Source of the DNA: Octopus sinensis
Taxonomy: Eukaryota
NCBI RefSeq assembly: GCF_006345805.1
Contig: NC_042999.1
Span: 163,928,001-163,992,000, forward strand
Reading direction: 5' to 3'
Length of the DNA: 64,000 nt
The notes below the pieces were generated by a model that made no database searches, was not told the DNA's origin, and saw only the letters and a list, made by a program, of their open reading frames with translations. Below, one piece after another: positions 13,466-26,314 of the stretch (within the stretch, counting starts at the first letter, position 1; each line of letters starts with the position of its first letter). Both the position numbers and the translations under genes were made by a program.

Positions 13466-13498
<33 letters not shown>

Positions 13499-14451
13499 AA
13501 TCCAAGAAACGGAAGAAGAATGTAACGGACGACAATGAAAACATACAGGCAGATGGACGATACAAAGACGGACAGGACGGAACATTCGTGGCTTTCTATT
13601 CATCAGTCAAGTTTACAGTTATCACTACGTTCAAAATTGGGAGGCCCCAAAAATCTGAGCTAAGAGCATTAAATTTATGGAAGAAATCAGGTTAATATGT
13701 GCGACAACATGGACAAAAAAAAAGCAAGAAAACGGAGAAAATGTTACACAATTATAAATACAAACAACAAGAATAACAACAGATGTATTTCGACTAAAAA
13801 GGACAAGTTAAGTGAAGCTGGTGTGTGAAGTGGAAGCCTTACGGCAACAAACAGAGATGAAAGTCAGAAGACAAGAAAATAAGGTGTTGTGTGAGCGGCG
13901 GTCAAGCCAAGAAAGATTATGCTTGGCCGAGCACCGGTCACGTGAGAGAAACAGAGAGAGGTAGAGTGCAGAGGGATTGAAGAATTAGGGAAGGAACTAG
14001 AGAAAGAGAGAGTCAGAGAGAGAGAGAGAGGGGGGGCATTCTCGAATCATTACACCTGCTCTTTTTTCCACCTTAAATTTTATCTGAGCAGGAATTAAAT
14101 ACATTCATTGTCTACGTTCTTTGCACTTTCGTTGTTTTTCTAGGTTTTTAAAAAAAATTTTATTCTTACTTTTATTTCTGATTTGCTTATTATCGCACGC
14201 TCACACGGATCTTCGTCTTTCTGACGATGATTTGGAGCAATTAATTCTTGGATTTCCTTACACTGGATTACCTTACCTTTGGATGCGTTGCACCTTTGAA
14301 TTCCCACGGAGTACGTCGATTTTGCACTTTTGATTGTAAATCATTTTAATTCGTCAGTGATTCTTTTACTTTTCTTCTTTGTCTTTCTCTACCTTGCCCC
14401 TTCTTTCTCAGACTATCCTTTTCCTTCTCTCTGGACATTTTCCTCTCTCTT

Positions 14452-14486
14452 CTTTCTGACGAGGAGCTATGATCGAAACGTCACGC
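14452..14486 (+). ncRNA. Decayed minimal hammerhead motif (canonical core, stem I lost)
   Basis: CUUU-CUGACGA-G-GAGC(UAU)GAUC-GAAA-CG-UC. Related to 44327-44362. Confidence 0.4.
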
Positions 14487-15461
14487 GCGCCTCTTTTTTC
14501 CATCTCAAACTTTCTCTGAACGTCAACCTAATACATTCACTGTCCTTTTGACCTTTGTTGCTTTTCCTCTTTTTGTTTATGTTTTTATTTTTGCTTATAC
14601 TTTTAACTTGCGTATATATGTATAAGTAGGAATGGATTGCACTCGATACGTGACAATTTTACTGCCCAGGTTACGACTCTTGTGGTTAATCATATTATGC
14701 GATGATCACGCGATGTCCTGTGGAGTCTGCTGAGCTGATGAGGTCTATAATGTAATATACAGAGCATATCGATAATGAGAAAAAGTAACGTGAGCTTGAA
14801 TTTGATAGTCCTTCATTTTAGCTGAAACATATGTTTCAGTACTCGGTTATAAGTTATGTCGCACTACAAATACAATCTTTAGATGCAACTCATAATTGCA
14901 GCATGCATAAGAAATTTATCTCAATTTTACATTTAAGATCCATTTCTTACCCACACACAGGATACAGAAAATAAAAACCATTGGAAAAATCTTTTGCTTG
15001 AAGTTCAGATGAATAACCATTGAAATTATAACGGTTCGAAATTATGTTCGTTCTATCAGTTTATCTTTTCTTCATGAGACAGCTTAGCAAAAATTGAAAA
15101 AGGTAAAATTTAAAATCAAACGTGTTTCTAAAAGTTAGCTAATTCACCCGAGGCAAACTATGTAAGAAGCAGACATAAACAATCAGTGCATTTGAAGTAT
15201 TAATGATCGAAGTATTCAGTAATGAAAGTGTTTTAGAAATGTCGTTTGTTTTGACTGCGCTCACTTTATCACACATCACACACTAAAGCAGAGTGTAAGA
15301 ATTTTTATGACATAAAGAAGTAATGTAGTGTCGGAATTATAGCTATGACACATAAGTTTAATTCAAGTTTCATACCATCATGCATTATATGTGTGTGTGT
15401 ATATTAATACATATATACATATTTATATATATATATATACATATGTATATATGCATATATG

Positions 15462-15531
<70 letters not shown>

Positions 15532-15632
15532 AAAAGTTCGTTATAGGCATGTATAAGATAAAATATTATATAAAACACTACTAACAATTATATAAACGAG
15601 AAGAGATGTTAAAATTTCAAATTAGAATTTAA

Positions 15633-15742
15633 TTTCCACATACGACCGTTTCAAATGGCAATACAAACATGTAAGAAAAAACATTAATTATAATAATAAT
15701 AATTAAAATAGTGATGTATTACCATTCTCGTCAGTGTAAAAG
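15633..15742 (-). ncRNA. Type-I hammerhead, canonical core, long stem II
   Basis: UUUUACA-CUGACGA-GAAUGGUAAUAC(AU-rich loop)GUAUUGCCAUUU-GAAA-CGGUCG-UA-UGUGGAA. Stem II is 12 bp and stem III ACGGUCGU is self-complementary with G.U pairs. Confidence 0.7.
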
Positions 15743-15951
15743 ATTAAAGGAAAACATTAAAGGAAAGATTAAAGAAAAAAGGTATTACACAGATAGACTC
15801 GAAAATACATCAACATGTCGTCCCTGTTTCTCTTCCTTTTTCCCTTTTTACAATTTATTTGCAAATATCTGGTCAGCTTCTCCGACATAACCTCTTTGTT
15901 TTTCCTTCTAAATTTTTTTTTGGGTAATACCTCTTGATGTTTTCCTTTAAT

Positions 15952-16062
15952 CTTTTACACTGACGAGAATGATAATGCATAGCTATTTTAATTATTATTA
16001 TTATAATTAATGCTTTTTTTTATATGTTTGTATTGGCATTTGAAACAGTCGTATGTAGAAAT
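15952..16062 (+). ncRNA. Type-I hammerhead, second arm copy
   Basis: CUGACGA at 15960-15966, GAAA at 16042-16045, stem III ACAGUCGU (one substitution), and stem I UUUUACA/UGUAGAA. Confidence 0.6.
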
Positions 16063-16609
16063 TAAATTCTAATTTGAACTTTTAACATCTCTTCTCCATT
16101 TTTATAATTGTTAGTAGTGTTTGATATAAGATTTTATCTTATATATATCTATAACGAACTTTTTACTTGCTATTTTTATATTTTAATTGCTTGCTTTAGC
16201 AGGTTATCATTTTGATATGAATATTTATTAGAAATATTTCTTTTTGGACTCCCCCAAAACGTTTGAATTATTTTACTTGAACTTATTCTTTCTCATATAT
16301 ATATACACACACTTCGATTTTGAATTTGGTTTCCAAGATTCTTGATGTGAATTCGTGTGTTGAAACACATTTTGTTGTCTTGGGCGAGTCCTCACGCCAA
16401 TAGACACTCACTGGCTTGACACCACTTCTTCACTGTTAATAAATTGGTTAACTATCCAACCAACTAACTCATCGATCATTTGTTTGATGTGGTGGTTAAC
16501 AACCAATCGGTTTTTGTTAGTCAAACTTCTTTCATCACTGTCGCGACCTTTACAATAAATTAATGACTTCTCTCTTCAAGGTATATAATTTGAATATATA
16601 TATATATAT

Positions 16610-16653
<44 letters not shown>

Positions 16654-17391
16654 GGCAATTTCTATTCGTCTCTCCGTCTGTCTGTTACCACCTTGTTACC
16701 CAAACTAGGGAACCAATCTTCACCAAACTTTGTATACATGTTGAACTAACATCCAGTTCAATTATAGGCTAACTGGATTTCAATAAAAACGATAATGGGC
16801 CGACTACGGGGGTTGGGCTATTACATGATAAAATGAGAGGGGTTCAAAATGTTAGGGTGAGGGAAATGTAGCATAATGAGAGCGGCTGATATCAGGGAAG
16901 GGGAAGAGACAGGAAGAAATAGACACACCGGAAATGTGAGAGACAGACAGAGAGAACGACAGACAGGGAAATTTCCATTTACATAAAAGAGATGTGTGTA
17001 TGTGTGTGTGTGTGTGTGTGGTGTGTGTGTGTGCGTATCTTCTTTATGCTTTCGAAAACAGAGTTGCCGGTTTTGACGTATGGGGTATCAAAAGATTCAG
17101 TAATCTTACGACTACCAAATAAACTTTATTTTCATTTACATATTTGCTTTACAAAAGTTTTGCAATATAATATTTTCTATAAATCAACTATCATAAATTT
17201 TATACAACGACGATAGCAATGACGACGTCACATTTTCTCTATGAGTGTGTACCTTAAAAGACATCTATTTCTCTATGTTATGTGAAAATACAGTCACTCA
17301 CTTTCTCTCAAACATTCACACGCACACATACATAAAAGATATATGTATATATACTTATGTATGTGTATTTGAAAGAAAATGTGTGTGCGAA

Positions 17392-17428
<37 letters not shown>

Positions 17429-17643
17429 GGACAGAGTGAGTGAGTGCCACTTACATATACATGCAACTCTCTCTCACACACACACGTCCATTTCATATAC
17501 ACGTACATACATCTTTCATTTTCTCCTCTCTTTCCCTTTCTGCTCACACGTCAAAGCAAATGTCACCTTTTACTTTCTCTTCTCTTTCAATTTCTGCTCT
17601 CTTCAACGTATAAAGAAAAAATTAACAGAAATTAACGAACAAA

Positions 17644-17874
17644 GGTGGTGAGCTGGCAGAAACGCTAGCACATCGGGCGAAATGCTTAGAGGTATTTCGT
17701 CTGCCGCTACTTTCTGAGTTCAAATTCCGCCGAGGTCGACTTTGCCTTTCATCCTTTTGGGGTCGATTAAATAAGTACCAGTTACGCACTGGGGTCGATA
17801 TAATCGACTTAATCCGTTTGTCTGTCCTTGTTTGTCCTCTCTGTTTTTAGCCCTTGCGGGTAGTAAAGAAATAG
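17644..17874 (+). mobile_element. tRNA-derived SINE, family 1 (full length)
   Basis: Head GGTGAGCTGGCAGAA..GAGTTCAAATTCC (A/B-box-like) and central CCTTTCATCCTTT.GGGGTCGAT.AA.TAAGTACCAG motif resembling conserved SINE central domains. Several copies occur in the window. Confidence 0.85.
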
Positions 17875-18007
17875 AAATTAACGAACAATCACGATCCCAT
17901 ATGATCGACCATATGATACAGTAGACAACTTTCCTACTCCAAACAAAAGAATTCTATAAAATAACTTCCTTTGGCACACACACACACACACACAACCACA
18001 CACACGC

Positions 18008-18058
<51 letters not shown>

Positions 18059-18484
18059 CTCTCTCTCTCTCTAGGTAAAACTTCTGTATGAATTATGTTA
18101 TTTCTTGCTATGTGCACGCGCAAAATTACAGCTCAAATCCAATTGAAATCACTTTTTCTATTCTGTAATACGTGTTTGTGATGAAATTATTTAAGAGCTG
18201 ATCTTCCATATAAATTTAAAAGGAAGTTTACTTGTTGTTACTAGGAAGTCCAAGGTGACTTTTGCGCCCCCCCCTGATTTTTTTTTTCTGAATTTCTTCC
18301 GATTCTTATGTTTTCAATACAGGAGATTAGGATTTCTCCACCCCAAAACATGTTCTCAATATTTTAATTTTCTCCCTCCCCATCTCAATTTCTTAGTTTT
18401 TTAGATTTGTCGAATTTTTTTCTTGATAATCCAGAGATAGAAAATAACAGAGAGTACAAATCTTTCAGAATTTTCTCTTTTCTT

Positions 18485-18801
18485 TTTTCTTAAAGAAACA
18501 CTAAAATCTTCTTCCCAAACATCCACCCATTACCTCACCACTTTCAAAAAGCTACATACTCCTAATGTTTTACTTTTAGCATTTTGGAAAGCGGGGAAGT
18601 TTCTTCAGAAATAATGTCGTTTAACTGTTGTTTCTAGGATGTCGGGTTTTCTGGTGGTGCTCTAATATTTTTGACGTCTGCTATTTCAGTACAATTCTAC
18701 GCATTCGTAAAAAATCAGACGAAAGTGAAACATAGGGTGTTTTAGCTTTTTGAAAGCGGGTAGGTGATTTGGAAGGGACATTGAGTATTTCTTTAAGAAA
18801 A
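18485..18801. repeat. Imperfect inverted repeat (arms ~18485-18580 and ~18720-18801)
   Basis: TTTTCTTAAAGAAA..TTTCAAAAAGCTA mirrored by TAGCTTTTTGAAA..TTTCTTTAAGAAAA. Confidence 0.65.
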
Positions 18802-19509
18802 ACTAAACTTTAAGAAAAAATATATTTTCCGGGATTTGTAATCACTGTATTTTTCTACATGGATAAAAAAAAATTCGTGAAAAAGTTATAAATTTAAAAA
18901 TTGTAGTGGGGACAGTGGGAAACTAAGATCTTGAAAACATTATTTCTGGGCAAAATCGTATTAATCTCCTTTTATATGATGAAACAAAACATAGTTTGTG
19001 ATCCTTCTGAAGAACAGAAAGCACTTTCATGCAAACTAATGCAAATTGTACACCCCCTTCACTTTTCAGCAAACAATAACTATCATTACGCCAGTAATCC
19101 AGTTTACTATATATCAACTGAACTGATTCTGTCCATAAGAAAGGAACAAATACAATATTGCTTTAGGTTATAACACCCAGGCAACGCCGGGATGCATTAC
19201 TAGTGTATGTGTGTGTGTGTGTGTATATATATATATAGGTGTGTGTGTGTGTGAGTGTATGTATGTAAGTATGTACGCATGTAGCTATGCATGTATTTGT
19301 AGATTGTATGTTATATTTATTGTATGCATGTGCAGATTTGTATGTTTTATGTATGCATCCTCATGCATATTGTTGCATATCTAAACATGCTCATATATAT
19401 TTAAATGATAAACTTCTAGAAAGTTTTACAGATTTTTACAGTTCCAGTGATGGATTGGTTTTGTTTATTCTTATTTTGTTCATGTGTTTACATCCACTTA
19501 TTATTATTA

Positions 19510-19565
<56 letters not shown>

Positions 19566-19566
<1 letters not shown>

Positions 19567-20091
19567 GTCACTGGGGTAAAATATACGAAGCCCAATATAC
19601 CCATCATGACTACCCGTCTGATAAGGGTACACTAGGCACATGCATCACAACCATATGTGCACGACGTGGTTATCTCATATCAAGATAAACAGCACATGAC
19701 CTTGCGGGTGGGGCCCAGTTAGAATTTTCTTCTGGTCGAGTAGCCCATCCCGCTCAAAAGGTCCCTGAATAAAGATTGTTTAAGGATGTTGCAGGAACCA
19801 CCCATGTTTCCAAAGGTCAAATATCCAAACCTCCAAAAATTCCTTTCAACACATGGCTATGATGCTTCCCCACTATTTCTGCTCATGATCAGAGATGCAC
19901 ATGTCGTCAGCCACTAAGGGACATGCTCAACTGGTTAAGGTCAAATAACTGACAAGCAAATCTGTGGTATTGAGCAGAATATTTGCTGTAGCCCATCTTT
20001 TATTCCAAGACAAAACAATGCACATGATAACACTTCCAATCAATTAAGATCAGAAGCCATGAGAGCCACTGTCTTGTACTGCATCAGGGCA
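19566..20091 (-). mobile_element. ~550-bp (TAA)n-flanked non-coding repeat, copy 1
   Basis: Three homologous copies, each bounded by (TTA)n. The strand is inferred. Confidence 0.8.
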
Positions 20092-20107
20092 TTTATTATT
20101 ATTATTA

Positions 20108-20148
<41 letters not shown>

Positions 20149-20149
<1 letters not shown>

Positions 20150-20699
20150 GAGTGAGCGAGCAGAGCATGCCATCAAAGTGACACTGGGGTAAAATATACG
20201 AAGCCCAGTATACCCATCATGACTACCCGTCTGATAAGGGTACACCAGGCACATGCATCACAACCATATGTGCGCGACATGGTGATCTCATATCAAGATA
20301 AACAGCACATGACCTTGCAGGTGGAGCCCAGTTAGAATTTTCTTCAGATCGAGTAACCCATTCGCTCAAAAGGTCCCTGAATAAGGGTTGTTTAAGGACG
20401 TTGAACGAAACACCCATGTTTCCAGAGGTGAATTATTCAAACCCCAAAGAATCCTTCTCAACACATGGCTATGATGCTCCCCCACTACTTCTGCTCGTGA
20501 TCAGAGATGCACATATCGTCAGCCACTAAGGTCAAACAACTGGTTAAGGTCAAACAACTGACAAGCAAATCTGTGGTATTGAGCAGAATATTTGCTGTAG
20601 CCCATCTTTTATACCAAGACAAAACAATGTACATGATAACACTTCCAATCAGTTAAGATCAGAAGCCATGAGAGCCACTGCCTGGTACTGCATCCGGGC

Positions 20700-20700
<1 letters not shown>
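20149..20700 (-). mobile_element. ~550-bp (TAA)n-flanked non-coding repeat, copy 2 (complete)
   Basis: TGAGTGAGCGAGCAG...TGCATCCGGGCA between TTA arrays. Confidence 0.85.
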
Positions 20701-20759
<59 letters not shown>

Positions 20760-20870
20760 GTATGCAAAAAGAAAAATAAATTACACGAACGTATATAAAC
20801 AGAAGATACAAATATTACAGGCATCCCCCCCCACACACTAACTAAACATAGACGCACATAGAGATATACG

Positions 20871-20900
<30 letters not shown>

Positions 20901-20901
<1 letters not shown>

Positions 20902-21385
20902 GAGTGAGAGAGCAGTGCATGCCATCAAAGTGACACTGGGGTAAAATATACGAAGCCCAATATACCCACCATGACTACCCGTCTGATAAAGGTACACCAG
21001 GCACATGCATCACAACCATATGTGCGCGACATGGTGATCTCATATCAAGATAAACAGCACATGACCTTGCAGGTGGGGCCCAGTTAGAATTTTCTTCAGG
21101 TTGAGTAGCCCATCCGCTCAAAAGGTCTCTGAATAAGGGTTGTTTAGGATGTTGAAAGAACCACCCATGTTTCCAAGGTGAATTATTCAAACCCCAAAGA
21201 ATCCCCCCCCCAACACATGGCCATGATGCTCCCCCACTACTTCTGCTCGTGATCAGAGATGCACATATCGTCAGCCACTAAGGGACATGCTCAACTGGTT
21301 AGGTCAAACAACTGACAAGCAAATCTGTGGTATTGAGCAGAATATTTGCTGTAGCCCATCTTTTATACCAAGACAAAACAATGTA
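20901..21385 (-). mobile_element. ~550-bp (TAA)n-flanked repeat, copy 3 (truncated)
   Basis: Homologous to copy 2 up to AAAACAATGTA. Confidence 0.85.
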
Positions 21386-21417
<32 letters not shown>

Positions 21418-21420
<3 letters not shown>

Positions 21421-21832
21421 GTATGCAAAAACAAAAATAAATTACACGAACGTATATAAACAGAAGATACAAATATTACAGGCATGCCCCCCACACACTA
21501 ACTAAACATAGACGCACATAGAGATATACGCATGCGCAAATGAAGACACATATAATAGAAATACAAAATAGAAATATAATAGAAATACAAAAGGAGAGAT
21601 ACAAATAAGAAGGAAGAAAGCAAAGAACCACTGATGCAGTCACAGGAGTGTGACGAAAGAACTCTGGCCGAAATAAGATTAAGTTTAATGTAAAAAATAA
21701 ATAACACTGAAGCAAAGTAACACCAAATATATAGTGCGTGAGTTTTTATTGCTAAACTGGCAAAATAACCATTCCGAAATACGACAATGTCTGTTTCAAC
21801 ACACGATTTCACATAAAAATCTTGCACAACAA
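21418..21832 (+). repeat. Solo PLE-A pLTR-derived repeat containing the variant hammerhead (21627-21669); partial duplicate at 20757-20873
   Basis: Aligns with 2960-3350. Core reads CUGAUGCA-GUCAC..GUGAC-GAAA-GAACUC-UGG. Other family ends are at 16320-16380, 38848-38963 and 58810-58870. Confidence 0.85.
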
Positions 21833-21834
21833 TA

Positions 21835-21886
<52 letters not shown>

Positions 21887-21901
21887 GTCTGTCTGCCTGA
21901 T

Positions 21902-21934
<33 letters not shown>

Positions 21935-22660
21935 TGTATATCACAAAAATAGTCGATGGTTCTAATTTCGGTGGCCACTTCCCTTGTATGGATGTTAATA
22001 CTTTCAATTGCCAAATATTTTAAATCTAGTAAAAGAAACCATTACATTAGTTAGTCTGTTTTATATATTCTTGTAATTAATTTATTGTAATTCCTTAATA
22101 ATAATAAACTGCAGAAAGAATTTTTTCTATTGAGAATAATGAAGATTCCAGAAGTCTAGAAAACTATCATTTGCATAATGTTCAGGGCCGCCTTTTTGAC
22201 ATGAAAACGCTCAGCATTAAACATGAGCCCGTCTCGTAAATTTTGAGACCACGTGATACATTTTGACAAATAAAAATTAAGGTTTTTGTCGTTGTTTTTG
22301 GTGTTTTAATGTTGCATTCTTTCAATTTCTTCCAATGTTTCCCATTCAGTTATGTTGTTCGCGTATGACATTTCCATAACTCTCTCTCTCCCTCTCTCTT
22401 GCTAACTCTCCTTCTTTTGCTCTCTCTCCCTCTTCCTTTTTCTGTTACATACGCACGCGCACACCCACACGTACACATATGTGCACACATTTGCACACAC
22501 ATGTAAAATAACACAGAAAAAAGATGCATGTTCAATTTCAAAGACGCCTTATGATCAACGAAAGCGACTCCCTATTGTAGCATGTTTCAAGGTGTTTGTT
22601 GTTGACCAAATAAAAACATACATAATTACACACTCTTCTCCTCTTCTATGTGTCTTTTTT

Positions 22661-22691
<31 letters not shown>

Positions 22692-23165
22692 CTTTCTTTC
22701 TTTCTCTCTCTTTTTATCTCTCTCTTTCTCTTTCTCTCTCACTCTCTATCTATTATCCATTTTATATTGATTGACATATAACCAGAATTTAGAACTCCAT
22801 GTACATCCTTGCATATGAAAAAGAAATCTGCGGGGAGAACTTGTCTATTATATTGCAAGCTTCCTTTTACTGGTCTCCATAGTTAGAAAGATCACAATGG
22901 ACGTACAGAAAAAAGAACCGGAGAACTGCTTCTTAAATAATTTAATTACGGCAATTTTTACACGTGTCTCAGCGAAGATTATGAGTGGATTATGCAATGC
23001 AGGTCATGTAACTTTTCTAAGTCTTCATTTCTACGAATCTCTGATGAGATGAAGACTTAGAAAACTTACATGACTCAGAATGCAGAATCCGACCAGAAAC
23101 GTCACTGAAAATATCTGTAAGATGACGTAATTAAATAATTTGTGTATTAACTCTCCAGTTTCCTC

Positions 23166-23217
<52 letters not shown>

Positions 23218-24047
23218 ATATCAATGCACTCAGACATACACCTGCTTTTTCATTGGTGGATAAATCACAAGATCCATCCTTTCACTTTCTGTCTCGTACA
23301 CAAAGACACACGCGCGCGCACTCTCTTTTTCTTTCTCTCTCATACATATTCACATAGAGACGATGATGGCCTCATAAACGCATTTCATCAAAACAATTTC
23401 TCTTTGATCTGGCTCTGATGTACGATATGTTACTTGAATTATCTTTCCTTATTTCTTTAGAAGAGATAATTCTTTGAATTATCTTTTTATAGTTTATCGA
23501 GATAGAAATGTCTGCATAAACAAAGTAATATCCCTTTTCTTTACCAAAAAAAAAAAAAACGAAAGAAAGAAAGAAAGGATATTACTGTGGTTTAAGCAGA
23601 CTAGTTATTTTGTGGCAACATACGATTTTTAGATGCATTAAAGGATTTGCAAGCGCTAAAAAAAATTTAAAAACAGAGAATACCATTAAGAGGGGAGAAC
23701 TTGCATCAGATAAGAAGGCTGTCCCTGTCAATGACGGTCAATTTTTAATCAGTATCATAAATAATATAAAACACCGGTATTTATGGCATCTTCAAAGTTA
23801 CAACCAGACACCGTAGCAGACATAATTTCTGAGCTGTTTACCTTAAAAGTGGCCAGTTGAGATAATCCCAGGAGTTGGAGAAAATGAAATATATTACCTT
23901 TACAAGCGTTTTAGACAGCTATTTTCAAACACAATGGCAGAATACTGAGATAGATTTATAGACAATAGCAGGATGGTAGGCGTCATATTCTGCCAGGCCT
24001 GAACATATACATACATACATACATACATGCATACATACATATGCATG

Positions 24048-24079
<32 letters not shown>

Positions 24080-24442
24080 TTGAGGTATATTCCATTAAGA
24101 ACGTATTAGTGTACAAACTAGAGCTCGTACACCCTTAGAATTATTAATGTGGATCTATGTTGTATCGAAACATGTGTAGTGGGCATTAAAAAGTTGTCGA
24201 ATCGTACTCCATCTTACTTTTGACTCTATTCTTTCATTTATATAAGCATATATATATGTATGCATGTATGTATATATATATGTATACATGTATGGTAGAC
24301 ATAAATACATACATACATGCATATACGCATACATACATGCATACATGAATACATACATTACTTAACGTGGTGGTACGTTAAGAAAGCCATAATCTTGCGT
24401 TGTTCGTTTTGCGAAAGCATCTTATATAGGCGTATAGTACAA

Positions 24443-24477
<35 letters not shown>

Positions 24478-25174
24478 TATCAGCAGCGGACGGGAAAATC
24501 CAGCACAGGAAGTAGAACTAATAGATCACGTGATTCATGCTATTTTGTGCATCATCAGCCGTAGGTGTTCAATATCAACGCTTGCTAACCTAATCTAATC
24601 GCTAATGACGTAGAGAAAAACTGATTAATTTATGAAGATGCGTAGCTCAGTGGTTCAGGTTTGGGGTTTATGGCCATTAGCTCGTTTGCACGACTTCTAG
24701 TTCACTTGGATCGCCGTGTCCATGAAAATAAGTACCTGCGAATAGTCGTGGCGAGTTCCTCTTCTTTGTTATTCCGCTAAGTCAAGGGTCAGAAAACCGT
24801 GAGTTTGTGTCTACGTGATTTCAAAAGTAATTTAAAACAATTACGCAAAGCATGATATATTCCACTTTCCTCCATATCACACTCGCTTGTAACGGTTATG
24901 GAAGTGCCGTATATGTGTGTATGTGTGTGTGCCATGTATGTGTATATATTGTATATATGTATGTGTATATATATATATAGGTATGTATATATAGATATGT
25001 ATGTATAGATATGTATGTGTATATATCTATCTGTATATATATATATATATATATACATAATATATATTACTATATATTATATATATAATATATATATATA
25101 TAATAATATATATATATTATATATATATATGTATATATATATGTACGTGTAGATATGTATGTATAGATATGTAA

Positions 25175-25216
<42 letters not shown>

Positions 25217-26067
25217 ATTGGGTTGACTTTGGTGCTAAGCATGAACAATAATCTGAACATGTGCAGCTATTTACGGGTAGGTGGACTTTGTTATTTCCAG
25301 TTCTGAGTTTCATAGCCACTGTCATAACACAGTTTCACTAATGGAGAACTCCAACTTCTTGGTTAGATGTTCAATAGCAAACAAAAAAACCACTCACCTC
25401 ATTAACGAACTTTTACTCCCAAACACGCTACCACGACTGTTTCACATATGCATTATTTATCTACTGCTGTTATTAAATTAGTACTCATTGTTTTGATTAT
25501 CTAGCTGTGTCTCCTCCATCTAACCAAAACCACCCAGTGCACCTAATTTCCCATCAAACCCTAACCTTTATAACTCAGATCTGTATCATCTGGAATTGAA
25601 TCCCTGTCCGCAATATATCAACCACAATAAAAGCGTTAATCTAAAAAAAAGAAATATGTTAGTCACAGGCGCTCTCTATTTTGTGTTAATTATTAAAGAA
25701 AGCAAACTTTGAATGAGAAGTTCATTTTCTTGCGTGGGAAAGATTAACTGCTTTTGAATAAGTGGCTAATAACAGTAGGCGATTGAGCATTTACATTATA
25801 TATAGGCATTTATATATTTACATACGTATATGTTCAGGTGGCGAGTCAACGTAAGCGCTCGTTAATTGTATGTACCTATCGGACGTAATGTTTCCTCACA
25901 CACACACACACACACACACCACACACACACACACATATATATATAGTCTATTCTTAGCTACAATAGCGACAACATGAATTTCTTCCATCTTCTTCCTCTG
26001 TTAGAATATTTTTGAGAAAAATTATATTAATGTACCCAACTGGTAAAAGTTCTAATTTATTTATTTG

Positions 26068-26153
26068 TGCAGCTGAAGATAGAACTGCATTTAAATTGAT
26101 GTAATGATTGCATTGTTCAATTAAATGGAGCCGCTTGAAACGGCCGTACTGCA
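26068..26153 (+). ncRNA. Type-I hammerhead motif (CUGAAGA core, perfect ACGGCCGU palindrome)
   Basis: UGCAG-CUGAAGA-[57 nt with an 11-bp helix]-GAAA-CGGCCG-UA-CUGCA. The base of stem II pairs poorly. A second, more decayed copy lies at 42414-42501 (-). Confidence 0.6.
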
Positions 26154-26314
26154 TCACTACTTGATATCCTGTTGCTTACTTTGATTATACACACACACAC
26201 ACATACACACACACACGCACACACACACACACATACACCCCCCCACACACATACACCCCCCCACACACATATACACCCCCCCACACACACATATATATAT
26301 ACATATATACATAT

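Larger units (their letters stand above)
15527..16168. repeat. Inverted repeat (arms ~15527-15790 and ~15921-16168), interpreted as an inverted PLE pLTR pair, each arm carrying a hammerhead
   Basis: AAGTAAAAAGTTCGTTATAG...GGTATTAC is mirrored by GTAATACC...CTATAACGAACTTTTTACTT. Confidence 0.85.
16650..19203 (+). mobile_element. Non-autonomous Helitron-like ends (5'-like part ~16650-16800; 3' hairpin plus CTAG at 19175-19203); interior contains later insertions
   Basis: The 3' end CCCAGGCAACGCCGGG..CTAG|T matches the minus-strand Helitron end at 32981. The 5' part has CTGTCTGT..CCAATCTTCACCAAACTTTG. It is not certain both ends belong to one copy. Confidence 0.5.

Noticed and set aside
14739-14790. 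CTGATGA core-like heptamer
   Set aside because: No GAAA or stems at suitable distance.
20380-20700. HDV-like ribozyme at the inferred 5' end of the 550-bp TAA element
   Set aside because: P1/P3/P4-like pairings can be drawn on the minus strand, but I found no P2 partner, so the pseudoknot does not close.
20676-20700. Similarity of the 550-bp element's end (CTGATGCAGTACCAGGCAGTG on minus in copy 1-like sequence) to the PLE-A hammerhead start
   Set aside because: About 20 nt of partial identity with no GAAA or stem III; cannot be separated from chance.
23041-23110. CTGATGA ... GAAACGTC pair
   Set aside because: Neither stem I nor stem II pairs convincingly.
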